Source: Amoebophrya sp. A120 (taxonomy: Eukaryota; Protista; Dinoflagellata). Taken from it: a stretch of 64,000 nt of DNA. The stretch lies in NCBI GenBank assembly GCA_905178155.1, contig CAJINV010000015.1:1943730-2007729 (forward strand), written 5' to 3'. Made by a program: the position numbers and the translations under genes. Of this stretch, positions 12,201-23,600 are shown in pieces (position 1 is the stretch's first letter; each line of letters opens with the position of its first letter). A model generated the notes under the pieces. The model did not search any database and was not told the origin of the DNA. It was given only the letters and a program-made list of their open reading frames with translations.

Positions 12201-15200
12201 TTTTTTTTTATATGGCTGCGCAAAAAATAAAAACTCAGATGATTCTCATTCCTATTTTTGACCTTAATGGCGCAGCGGTGGGCACGTCGAAGACAACGCA
12301 AGCAGGCGCAGAGGCCATTTTGCTTTGCTCCTAGTGCAGGTATATTGGGCGTTCCCGTCTGCCTTACCACGTCGCCCGGCCTTGCAAGGATCTGGATTTT
12401 CCTGCCGGATGCTCATTGGCATCAAAATGGCTAGTCGTGATCCATCCCCTTGTCGCTGTCTCGGTGTGTGTGCTGCTGGACAAATGGCACCCAAAAGCTT
12501 TTTAGTATCCTGACTTAGTTTCTATCTTTCCTAAATGCTTTCACGCTCTTTAGGAATGGTGGTCTTCAAAGCATTTTCTCGCACACTCTATACATATCCC
12601 AGCGCTGAGAATGCTTTGTCGTGCCCTACCTGTCAGCTCGCTTTCTTATACTCAGCGCCGACGCTGCATATAGGAATAGTGAGAGATATCCAATGACCCA
12701 TTTGTGATGCAGGTTTTCCATGACCCATGAGGTCTGGAATGCGAGACCCAGCATGACAGATTTTTTGAGGTCTCTCTCATGCCTTTCCTGCATAAGAAAC
12801 TCCCTCTCAACTTGGTCAAAAGCGGGCAGCTTTTGGTACTCACGCAACACAGATTTTTGCGTCATTGAGACTTAGCATGACAAGTTTCAACCTTCCAGAC
12901 CCAGACATTTTTACATTTGATAGGGGTCGTTTCGCCGGAAATGGCTGGGTGGGTTTGCATATGAAATGCAAAAGTATCGCACTCGTAGTGATTGCAGCCA
13001 TGCATTACAAATCTACTAATCAAGGGAAATCCGCATTACAAATTACATTTGTAATGCTCAGCCAATTTGTAATGCAATTTATACAACTACTGCTAGTACG
13101 ATACTTTTGCAGTTCATATTGCAAATCTCGCTGGTATTCGTGAAGAACGTGCTGCATGCGGTCGTCGAGGAAGGAAGAAACCGTCAAAGAACCGGAATTT
13201 GTTGTATTGCTGTTCGACCAAGAAGTCCCCCCGTTAGCTGCAACCTTCGCATGGTAAAGACTTCGCCGCAAAAACACAGCGTTCGGGAAAGACTCATCGT
13301 CCGTGCTGTCAAATTATGCAATACAAATTTCCCGTACATGTACAACATGCATCACAAATTTCACCAATTTGGAGCTCAAAACTTGTCATGCTAAACTAGG
13401 ATCGAGGCCAAGTTTTGTCATGCAGAGACCGCATCTGTACGTGTACGGGAAATTTACTGTGGATACAAATTGATGAAGGTCCGAGATGGTGACTCTACTC
13501 GGTTTTGTTTTTCTTGCATCAGAGGTGGTTCTGCTTGTTGTGGCAGATGAAGTCGATGACCCTGTTTTCAGCTTCGCAAAACTGAAGAACTCGGTAAACC
13601 TGACGCCGCACTCAGCCGCGGCTAAGTGGAAGAGTTCCTCTAACTCGTTCAGCGCTTCTAGCTGCTGTGGAGAAGTTGATAGAGTTGAGCCACCTTGTCC
13701 GCCTCTTCCGATCGCTGACCTGCTCGAATTCTTATGCATTGCAAAAGTATCGTACTCGTACAAGTGCGTTTGTAATGGTGCGGAAGCGGATTTACCTTAA
13801 GACAAAAATTTGTAAATGCATGATTGCAATACGATTAGGAGTACGATACTTTTGCACAGGATAATTCTGCAGCGCAAACTCCGCACCGAAAAAGGAATCC
13901 ACGATGGCTTCGGTGCTAGGAATCGGGATTGCTGGGTAGATGTTCTGCAAACTGGGGAGCAATGTCGTGTGGTGCCAGGATTCCAGCTGTGGCTTCTCGA
14001 AGCTGTAGCTTTGGTCGGAGCTTGTACTATGGTCACCAGAGCTGCTGGAGGAAGCTGTTGACCCGGGAAAGAAACATCGGTTGAAGAAGTTCACGAAAAC
14101 CTCCTGCGGGGAGAAAATCTTGTAGTTGTTCGCTCCTCGTCCAGTTCCAGATCTACTGTCTTCTTGGAAGCTGTATAATTTCCGTGGTACACCATCCTGC
14201 GCATCGTCATCCACAGTAAGTTTCCCGTACGCGTACAAATTCGGTCTCTCCATGACAAAACTGGGCATCGATCCTAGTTTAGCACGACAAGTGTCATGCT
14301 CCAAATTGGTGAGATTTGTGACGCATCTTGTACGTGTGCGGGAAATTTGTATTGCATAATCGTCATCCGTAGTACATTTCGAAGCCAATTCTTCAGCAAA
14401 CAGGTGCTTCAAAGTTCTCGCCAATACCATCTTCGAAACGAGTTTTTTCAGCGCTGGAATCACAGCTGGATCGTTTGTACGACCCGTTGCGGTAGAAGCA
14501 GATGATGAGGTAGAAGACCACTTGTTGTTCATCATCTTCCCAGGACCACAACCAAGAACGCCCCGCACGAGATCCGCACTGAAGCTCAAGCCGAAGGAAT
14601 GCGCTAGCTCCAGGAGCGTCGCTGGCGTAAGCTGGTGGAACACGACGGCTGGATTGTCTTGCAGATATTGGAGGAAAAGCCGCACCCGGGCGTCCGGGTT
14701 CTCGTTTTGGTAGGCAGCGAGGTTGTCATCTTCAGGGAAGGCGGGGAAGGGTGGTTGCTGATAATAGCTGGTCCCTGCTTCATGCCCGTCGTGGAAATCG
14801 ATGTTCTCTTCTTGCACCGACAAGCTAGTACTGGCGCCACCTCCGGCGACGTCAACCAAGGGCAATCGTGGCCTGCGGAGAAGTTGCAAGTCTGACAAGT
14901 AGGTTCTTTCACCGTGTTCCGTGCCTCCGCTGCTCACCGTGCTGGACAAATTGTTCGCCAGAAACTTTTCCAGCAGGTTCCTATTTGCCGACCCCATGGC
15001 AGTGTACGCCTCTGGCCGGAACCGCATCACGGAAAACGATTTGTCTTGCTGGGAGGCATCAAAGAGTGTATTTTCGGCGTCAAGTTTTTCTAGTTCTTCC
15101 AGATTCCGAGCGGACAAAAGATCATTGTATGCCGATGTTTATGAATTGCAAAAGTATCGCACTCGTATGAAATGCATGACAAATTCCCTCAACATTAGAA

Positions 15201-17912
15201 AGAAAATTTGTAATGCGGATTAATTGTAATGCATGACTGAAATTACTACGAGTGCGATACTTTTGCACAGGATAATGTTCCGGGTTCTAACACCTCCCCG
15301 AACGCGTCCCGCGGCAGATCTCTCGCGCCCGAAGGCTGATTCACCGGGAAGGTTAACTTGGTTTGCCGAAAAACCGCCGACTTTCCCACGCGGATGAACC
15401 GGCTCTGCTGGTCTGCGTTGATGTTGTGTGCTGCAGATGTTGAGACGGAGTTGTAGTACGGTCGTTGAGCTTGTTGTTTTCTCGTCCCGCGCCGGTCGGA
15501 GGTGATCATGGGTTCTCTAGTACCTGCAGTTCCTGCTTCGCCTTCTCCGCTGAAGGCGCCGGCAAAATCGGATTTGTTTTCGAGATTTCCGTGTACTTTG
15601 AAGGAAAGAGAAGTACTATCTCCGGTGGCGTTCTTCGTTTTGAGCCAGTACTCGCCGGGGTTGTTCGAGTAGTCTTTATTTCTCAACAACGAAGGTGCAG
15701 CTTCCGGTACTTCTACAACTTGCGTCGAAGTGCTTTCCATCTTCACTGGCAGCAATTCCGCCGCTCTTCTCCACAACAATCTCCCTCGGATCCGAAACAA
15801 ACAGCAGCTATTGTTGCTGTTTTCCCCAAAGGTCACCGGAAAGCATATCTTTTCCTCTTTGGATCGCCCGGTAGTTCGCGGATTATTTTTCCCAGTTTGA
15901 TCGAATTGCTCCGAACTCAACAGCCCAAGCTTATTGCCCGCTAATTCCTGCAACAGCTCTGCGTCCGCTGGGTTTTTCTCCCGCCAATTCAGCAGATGAA
16001 GGGTGAGGGCCTGCGGGGTAAGACGCGGCGCTGCTTCGCTGCGGTAGTCACCGCCGAGGAAGATTTCGGGTAGTTGCATCTGGTTCGCCTCCACAGACCC
16101 GGAAAGCGGCTCGGCGATGATGCGCAGGCCCTTGTAGTCGATCTGGCAAACGAGGGGGACACAGGAATTCAAAGGAAGAAATTTCATACGGTGTCGGAAA
16201 AGGAATTGATGCATCAGAATTGTTCACTTATTTCAGTGTTGATGTATAAAGCGGTACTGCAAGCCGCTGTCTACAACTTCAATGCACAGTCATGGTAATC
16301 AGCACATGAATCTCTACTCCTTTATTTGCCATTGTAGGCGACATTTAGATCGTACGCATGGATTTCACTTCCGTATTGTAGTCCCCCAGAATGTCTGAAA
16401 CGTCGCCCGTTTCGAGCTCCGACTCCGCGTCTAATTTCTGTTCCAACGCCAGGTCGAGCAAACCCTCCGCGATCTTTCCCAAACCGTCGACGTCATATTT
16501 GTACGTCTTCCTCGCGTCCCAAACAGAAGTCGTAGTGAGTATCCCGCTTGCTACATCGGCGGTTCTTGCGGCTTCCTCCACATAATTCGCACGGCTAGCA
16601 GCGCCTCCTACCGGAGTCCCGCCGCCAACCACGGTGACTACGATGCTGTCACAGAGGAAAACCCGGTCGTTGGAAAAGCGCGGTTGGCAAAAAGGCCAGT
16701 ATGGATGTGTCAGGATCGAAATCGATAAAATCGAAAAATTTGTGATGCATAAAATGTAGGGCACTGGAGGCCTGTATTGGGGAGGAGGCAAATGAGGCCG
16801 ATTGTAAGCGTGTTTAGGGGTATGCAATGTGCTGCCACCAGAGTAGCACGACAGGAGCAGTCTTCTTTGCCCAAACAGCATGACAGACTGGATCTGGGTG
16901 CTCCCGAAATTTGTCATGCGCCACTTACAAACTGAGGCTCCAACTGGTATCGATTTTATGCATGACAAAGTTTTCGCTTTTGTCAATTTCGATTCTGACA
17001 CTTTCATAGCCAGTAGTTCTTGTCTACTTTCGTAACTTCCCGGATCGGAATTTTGGGATTGAGAGATGGCTTTTGGTTTTTGCGATTTGCAGCTCCTGCA
17101 TTCTTTATCATACCGAACGGCGAGGACTGGAGGTTTCGGTCGACCACCGCCCTTGATGTTCCACCTGCAGCGATCTTCCCCCTGTAGTACACAGGATTGT
17201 TGACGATCTCGAGGACGGTGCCCCCGAGCGGGTCGTGAGATGGTCCTCGTGCAGCAGCTGCGTTGTTGTACCGCGACTTCACGCTGTTCGTAGAGCTCGA
17301 GCCTGAGCCAGTCCCCGCACCATAAACAAAGTGATCCACGACCAGCACGGCCGCCGCCTGCGCCGCGAGTTTGAACTGCGCGAGAACGTCCAGACAAGAT
17401 TCGTCGAACACCGCGTAGTCGGACTCGACATTCCGTTTTTGATTTTGCAACAACTTCTCCGCTGCGTGGTTCACCATTCGCTTGAAGCAACTGTCTAGCA
17501 AGCTCCTCCATCGAATGTCCGGGTGCTGGGAGCTGTCGGCAGCTAGGGTGTTCACGTCGTAGAGTTGTCGCTCGTAGCCACTGACGCCGCTTGAGTGGAA
17601 GATTTGTTCGCAGGTCTTGCTTTCTGGGAAGACCGCAGTGTTGTAGTCTTTCGGGCCGAGTTTGGGTAATTCCAGATCGACGTTTTGTCTGTCTAGTTTG
17701 AGGCGTTTTCGGAAGCGGTAGTCGCGATATTGCTGTTGGATCAAGCGCGCGGCGCTTGATTCGAGGAGAGGGAGGTCGCGCATGGACATTTTAGTTTCGA
17801 GTTGGAAAGGTGGAGCTAGTGGCGCTTCGTTCTTGATGGTGGAGTTTAAATATACCCTCTCGTGGTCATCGTGTCTGCGTGCCCCTCTCCTCTCTTTGCG
17901 ATCGCTGATCAC
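6257..17912 (-). CDS. Large multi-exon IQ-motif / CLU (clustered mitochondria)-domain / TPR-like protein
   Basis: IQ motif AARLIQQQYRDYRFRK; CLU motifs CVPLVCQIDYKGLRIIAEPL, MRFRPE, LLELAHSFGL, MVLARTLKHL; TPR-like FGQTHPTT and ETVFGIYYFKT. At least 13 introners. Ends approximate. Confidence 0.65.
6336..6484. mobile_element. Introner, family 1
   Basis: CATCCTGCGCAAAAGTATCG...CGATACTTTTGCAGTTCATA; DR GACAG/GACAT. Confidence 0.85.
7260..8657. mobile_element. 1.4-kb GC-rich insertion flanked by an 82-bp exon duplication
   Basis: 7178-7259 matches 8658-8686 plus 9014-9066 with 1 mismatch; internal perfect palindrome at 8165-8215. Confidence 0.6.
8687..9008. mobile_element. Introner, family TATCAAAAG (322 bp)
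   Basis: ~35-bp IR, TSD TCGTA; the empty site is visible in the duplicated copy at 7178-7259. Confidence 0.92.
9076..9281. mobile_element. Introner (separate family)
   Basis: TATCAAACAAAAAAAGTTCGTCAC...GTGACAAACTTTTTTCTTTCCATA; DR TTGGA. Confidence 0.85.
9518..9830. mobile_element. Introner, family TATGGA..GTCAGG
   Basis: ~40-bp IR, DR AACCC; related to 16700-17008. Confidence 0.9.
9902..10222. mobile_element. Introner, same family as 8687-9008
   Basis: TATTGCAAGGAAAAATC...GATTTTTCCTTTTGATA; DR AAGTG; 321 bp. Confidence 0.88.
11859..12015. mobile_element. Introner, family 1
   Basis: TATCCTGTGCAAAAGTATCG...CGATGCTTTTGCAATTCATA; DR CGGGT. Confidence 0.9.
12145..12922. mobile_element. Long introner/MITE (778 bp)
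   Basis: Perfect 31-bp TIR TATCAAATGTAAAAATGTCTGGGTCTGGAAG; TSD GGGGT. Confidence 0.92.
12960..13118. mobile_element. Introner, family 1
   Basis: TATGAAATGCAAAAGTATCG...CGATACTTTTGCAGTTCATA; DR TTGCA. Confidence 0.9.
13315..13465. mobile_element. Introner, family TTTCCCGTAC
   Basis: IR ends, DR CAAAT; an inverted homologue lies at 14208-14358. Confidence 0.9.
13733..13863. mobile_element. Introner, family 1 (opposite orientation to 11859)
   Basis: TATGCATTGCAAAAGTATCG...CGATACTTTTGCACAGGATA; DR ATTCT. Confidence 0.9.
14208..14358. mobile_element. Introner, family TTTCCCGTAC (inverted copy)
   Basis: CATCCACAGTAAGTTTCCCGTAC...GGGAAATTTGTATTGCATA; DR ATCGT. Confidence 0.88.
15140..15274. mobile_element. 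Introner, family 1
   Basis: IR ends, DR ATGTT. Confidence 0.9.
16700..17008. mobile_element. Introner, family TATGGA..GTCAGG
   Basis: TATGGATGTGTCAGGATCGAAAT...ATTTCGATTCTGACACTTTCATA; DR GCCAG. Confidence 0.88.
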
Positions 17913-18099
17913 TCTTTCTCTTGTTGTAGTGATGAGAGGACGCCACGCTCAGGAGGCTCACTAAGTTCGTCTGCCCCAAGGACAGGCTCACTTTACATCG
18001 GGTTGGTTCGGCGGTTGTAGACAGAGACACTCACACATGCACGAAAGCATGGATCCGCTTCTGGCCGCAGGAAATTGAAATGGCAAATGCCCACTCAGT

Positions 18100-20150
18100 C
18101 ATGTCATCTCGGGGGGGGGAACACGCTGCTACGGAGACGACATCTATCGCCTCGTGTTCGAGCGATGTCGCAAGATTAAATAAGAACCTTCGGAGGTGGA
18201 CGCGCCAACGTGGCAGGTAGGTTGCTCAGTTGCATTCAGAACACCCACGCCGATGCGGGTGGCCAGCCAGCATGCCTCCATCTTGAGCGAAACGCCATGC
18301 CCTTTCGCCACCGCCCGAAAACTAGCGGGGCTGAGTTTCCTTCGGTGAAATACTGAGGCGCGACGGAGCAACATGAACAAACAAGGGCCGCGGGCATGTA
18401 AATACGACGCGCCAACCCACCACGCACGCCAGCGCCAGGCGGGTGTGAAAGAATGAAAGAAAAATAGACCGCGGAGCAGGGGACACACACAACACCCGCG
18501 CCGACCAAGCAGACCCGCGGCGCGCGCCCGACCCCCCCCCCGCGCGCCCCCACACACCACGCACGACGGCAACCTGCCGGCACTTGCCGGAACGAACACC
18601 AAACCGAGGGGCGGGACCCAAAGAAGGGCGGGGGCCGGCGGGCGCTTGCCCAAGCGCCGCCGCCAAGGGAAGGCAGGGCCCCACAACCCCGGCAAGCACG
18701 ACCCCGGAGCCAACTCCCCGCGCGCCGGCTGGCTGCGGTTGCTTCTCCGAGGCGGGGCGAGGAGGATGCGGAGGGAACTCGAAGAGGAAGGCGCGCGCGG
18801 GGGTTGGGGCGGCAGGTTTTGTCTCTGGGATAAAAGTCCGCCCCCATAACTGCGACGCGAAATCGCGACACCAGTCCGGGAATTCACGCGCAAGCTCCTG
18901 CTGGAGCGCGCTCCTCACCTCGTCCGACAACCTCGGTCGTGTCTGCGCCGCATCGCATTCGGCCCCCGTCGCCTCCGCGTGGCGCAGTATCTCGCGAGGC
19001 ACCTGGCCAATACAGGCCGCCGCGTGTTGTTTGTCGAGCTTGCCACCAAGGGCCGCGCTGGTTGGGTCAAGGAGCGCGCGTAGGGTGGTCGTGGGGGCCT
19101 CTTTCTTTGGGGGCGATGTCGATTGTAGTCTGTAACTCGCCCCGAAACGAATGAACCCCCCCGGGCAAGGAAGCGTGAAGCGACGTCGGCGCTTTGCTGT
19201 CATTTACTAACTACGCGCGCCGCCCGCGGGGCGCAGGCAGGGCGCCCCCCCCGAGGGGCCCCGAGGCGGGGCTTGGGGGGGATGGCGGGGCGCGCTGCCT
19301 TCTTTTCCTGTTCCTGCAGGGTGCTCCGGCATGCGCGCGGTCCAATCGATTGGCCCGGCCCCGCGGCCTTTCCCCCCCTTTCGGTTTCTTGGTGGCCCTG
19401 GCCGGCCACGCGAGGCAGGCGCTGGCATTCCGCAAGGGCGAGGCCCACAGAGAGAACGAAGCGGCGCCTGTGCGGCCGGCGCTGCCCGATGCGTGCGACG
19501 CTGTCTTGTGTGTCGCTTCAGCCGGCAGCGGGCGGGCGCTCTAAAAAAAAGGCCTTCTCCTATGGCCTAAAGTAGCCAGTCCGCGCGGTCCTCTCATCCA
19601 TAGCCCGCTGCCGCTTTGTCCGGGGCACCTCAAAAGCGGGGGCGGCGGGCCGCGGGGGCGAAATGATTGCAACAAACGGGGCGACAGAAAGGGGGGGGCT
19701 GCAAAGCCGCGGCGCCAGCTTCGGCGCGCTTTTATTTAGTGCGTGGCGCGGCGCACGGGCCGCGGCCGGCACCCACTTGCTTGCCGGCAGGCCATACTTG
19801 TCGCGCCATCACTGCGGCAATTCTTTTTCGCTCCTGCTTCCTGAAACCAGCGCGCCCAATTACTTGCGTCCGCATGGCGAGAAAGCGCGCCCGATTTCAG
19901 GGTCTGGACCGCACCGCCGCGGCGTCCTGGAACCGCGAGGGAGGGCGTTGGCGCTTTGGCCCAAGCCCGGAGCTTCGCGCCAAGCGCCGCAATATGCTGC
20001 CGAACGAATTGACTAAACAGGCCAAGGAGTTGGCTGCTGTCCATCGCAGGAAGCGCAGCGGCGCCCGGCGCGGCCCCCTGCAAGTTCCGGGCAGAAACCT
20101 GCGCGCCACGGCTGTAAGCTTCAAGGCCGTGCGTCGATATCATTCGCCAT
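18100..20150. other. GC-rich intergenic island, possible degenerate repeat or TE
   Basis: Abrupt rise in GC with many overlapping ORFs and no domains; no termini found. Confidence 0.3.
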
Positions 20151-20652
20151 GTAATTGTGGACACTGGGTCCAGATCCAGAACGCTCCTCAATACAATTTA
20201 GCAAAACTACCGTCTAGCACGGCGGCCGAACACAAAAATCTCGCGAGTGTCGCATTCACGATCAGCAGGCTTGAAGAGCCGTTTCACTTCGTTCATTGAT
20301 CATGTGTTTGTCTAGCAACAGAAACCAGCGAGGGGCGTAATCTTCGCCGACATCCAAAACCATTGTACAGGGGTAACTGATTCAAATTTTCTGCTGATCA
20401 TGCCATCAAAATGACAGAAACGCAAGACCACGATGAAGCTGCGCGTTGATTGTACCATCAACGGCTCGACAGCATGTTGACTTTCGAAACTCTGACTCTG
20501 GATAAATCAATACAGAAACAAAAACTTCTGAGTTTGAGTCGTGTTCGTTTTATTCGAAATTGGTAAGATTTGAGATTATCAAAAGGTAAGATAAGAGAGC
20601 CTGGTTGAGCTTCTATCCTCGTCTTTGACACTACAACCTTCTTTCCACCTCC

Positions 20653-23600
20653 TCACGTCAACAACTCCAACTGCCTCGCGGGCGACGGCGACCCCCTATT
20701 ACCACCACCACCACCTGCACCCCTCATTCTATCCCGGTTCGTACCCCCGTTAAAGTTGCTCGGGTCGTATATCGGGTGATTCGCGGAGAAATTTCCCCGC
20801 ATCATCGGCCTGGAATTCCCGTTCACCGAGTTGTTATCGGACATGCGGATCATCTGCTCTGTTGATAAAGCCGTACTTGAACTATACGTCGAGTTCGAAA
20901 TCGGCGCCAGTTTCTTCCCGGGGGACACTTTGCTTACCCGCATGATGCAGCGGTGTAATCTTTTATCCAGTTGCGCGGACAGTTTGTCCAGTTTCTGCTC
21001 CGCGGACTCGTATATTTTCGGCAATTCCTGGTAGTAATTCTTCCGCAAGTCCCCCCAGTGCGAAATCTTCTCCTTCGCCGGGGAAACCGAGATCGCGTCC
21101 CGCTCGGCCGCTGCTGTTGTTCCATCTCCTCTATCCCGGAACAACACCCCTCGAATCGCCTTCGAGTCCGAATGCGGCGCGTCCGCGTCTAGGAACCGGA
21201 ACCTCCCCGCAACTTTCCCGGCGGCGGGCTTGTTGTTCTTGTCACCGTCTTTTTTCGGCGTTTCGAACTCCACCTTCCGATCTTTGTTCAGAGGCGAGTC
21301 CGGTCTTTTTCCATGGTGCCGTTCCGTCGCGGTGTTGGGCTGAAGCAGTTGTGTCCTGTACTCCTTCGCCTCTAGCAGTTCGTTCGCGATTTGGGTGTAC
21401 GCGGCTCTCCTGTTCTCCATTTCCTTTTCTCTCGCTTGCTCCCGTCGCTTCGCGGTCTCCTCGAAGTCCAAGGCTTCGTACATCCGGTTCCGGACCGCGA
21501 GCGCGTTGGCCTCCTTTCTGGCTAAGTAAGCTTGGAACTGCTCGGGGTCGACGCCGTCCGGGATACCGGTGTGCTTCGTCGCCGCTTTCTGCCGCTTCTC
21601 CAGACGGCTGGTTTTTGATTTTGGATAAAAAATTTTCTTAGCATGCATAACTCGTCTCAGTGTGAGCAGAGTGATTTCTCATGCGAAGAAGCGCTTAGAC
21701 TGGATTTAGAAAAACATCAGTAATCAAAATTATACTTCTTCGCCTGCATATACGCCAGCACCCGTTTTTCCGCCAGTTTGTCCTCATAACTCTTCCCCAG
21801 CGGCTGCCACGCCTGCCTCAACTGCGACCCGTCCGGCGCGATCGGCTCGTACAAATGGTGGAAAAAGTCCGTGACCGCTTGCACCGTGTGCTTCCGGAGG
21901 ATCATCAGCGCCTTGCAATTCTTGCTCTCGTAGACCTCCGGGGACAAAACCGTGATTTTCGATTTTACGTTTTTGTGCTTCGCGGCTAGTTCCTTATGAC
22001 TGGTTCTTTCCGCGTCTGGCTGGTTTAAAGACTCGAGGGTCGATTCCAAATCGAACTGTCTTCCTAACTCGGTCAGGGAATGGGTTTCCGGTTGTAGGTA
22101 TTCGCTGTCTACTATTGGGTGTTGGGATTGGTCTTGAGTTCGGCCAATGGTGGAGTCGTCGGTAGCGAAGTCGATGACCTGAAACGTTTGGTTTGGAGAT
22201 AGTTTCTTGTGCAAGGTGAGAAAGAGATGATGTTCAGAATTCCAATGAGCACAACCATGATCATGCAAGCTTGTATGCTCGTCTGCAAGAGGACATTATT
22301 TACACCCTAATGTATTAGGCAACATTTTTACCTTCCTCGGCCGTCCGTCCGCTCCCTCAATCGTCGCTACAGACTCCTTATCACTACCAGATTTGATGTC
22401 TTTGCTCTTCGTCCGCTTTCCACCCGCTCTACTACTCGAATCGCTCTTGTGACTCCCTCTTGGCGAATTTCCCCGGGAGCTGCTACGACTACCGGAGGAG
22501 CTACTTGGAATTGCCCCTCCACCAGGAATTCTTGTCACCAACCTCCCATTGACAAACGCAATTTCTGGATTGTCCGGATCGGGCTTTCTGAAAGTGGAGG
22601 GTGGTGGTTGCGGCGGAGATTGTGCGCCTTGGTCGGAAGCTTGTTGGGGGGAAGTCGGGGCGAATCGTAAAGTTTTCTCCCGCCAGGAAGCCTCGTCGGG
22701 GGTTTCGTCCGTGGTTTGTTTTTCGATGTTGAGGCCGTGTTCTGGTTGAAGAACTTCTACTTCGAACTCCGCGGCGTCAAAACCGGAAACGATGGCAGCC
22801 TGGTGGTGGTTTCATTTTTAGTTTACAAGTTTAGAAGTTTGCTGCATCAAGGACAAAGATGAGAAAGATAAAACAAGAATGTTGGTGTGGTAAGCAAATT
22901 GACATCAAGTTCATCATTTGAGATCGAGATCGACAAGGAGAAGGCTCAAGCATCGGTTGTCGCAAAACAAGCAATACAAATGCGGCCCGATCTGCGGTTG
23001 TCCGCAACTGCGCTGACTCGGAATGAGAGTCGGAGCTGGATCCGGAACTATTCACACCCTCAGTGGACGGCTCTCCCTGTTCCGTGGTTGGTTCTGGGTC
23101 GCTAGTGTTGGTTGGTTGCGCTTGCGGCCCATCTGGTGCTGCAGCTTCATCGTCGATAACAGCAGCTGGTGGTGCAACTACAGCGGTCACAGGCGGCTCT
23201 TCCTGCTCGACTTCTACTGTAACCGTTTGGTCTTCCTGAACCGGCTCCACTGCGGCTGGGGCATCTGCATCTTCCACGACAGGAACTTCTGCTGGTGGCT
23301 CCTCGCTTGCACCTTCCTTCTCCGCGGTAGCTGTCAATTGCTCGTGGTCTTCCACTTGGGTTTCTGCAGCTGGTTCGACCAGTTCTGCACTATCCTCTAC
23401 TACTTGTGGACCTGTTTCTACCTCTTCATGCTCTTGCACTGGCACGAACTCGTCCCCTGCGTTTGGGTTGTCGTCCTGGCCGATTAGTGGCAAATCGTCC
23501 CCACCAGCGGCAGGACGAGTTTCTTCTACTTCATTTTCCTGCTCATCTGCAGCAGCAGCTACTTCTGCGGTCGGCTCCTCATCAGCGGCAACTACAGGTG

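Noticed and set aside
1716-15274. Recurrent TGCAAAAGTATCG repeats as a CRISPR array
   Set aside because: They are inverted pairs at irregular kb spacing inside eukaryotic genes, and there are no cas genes.
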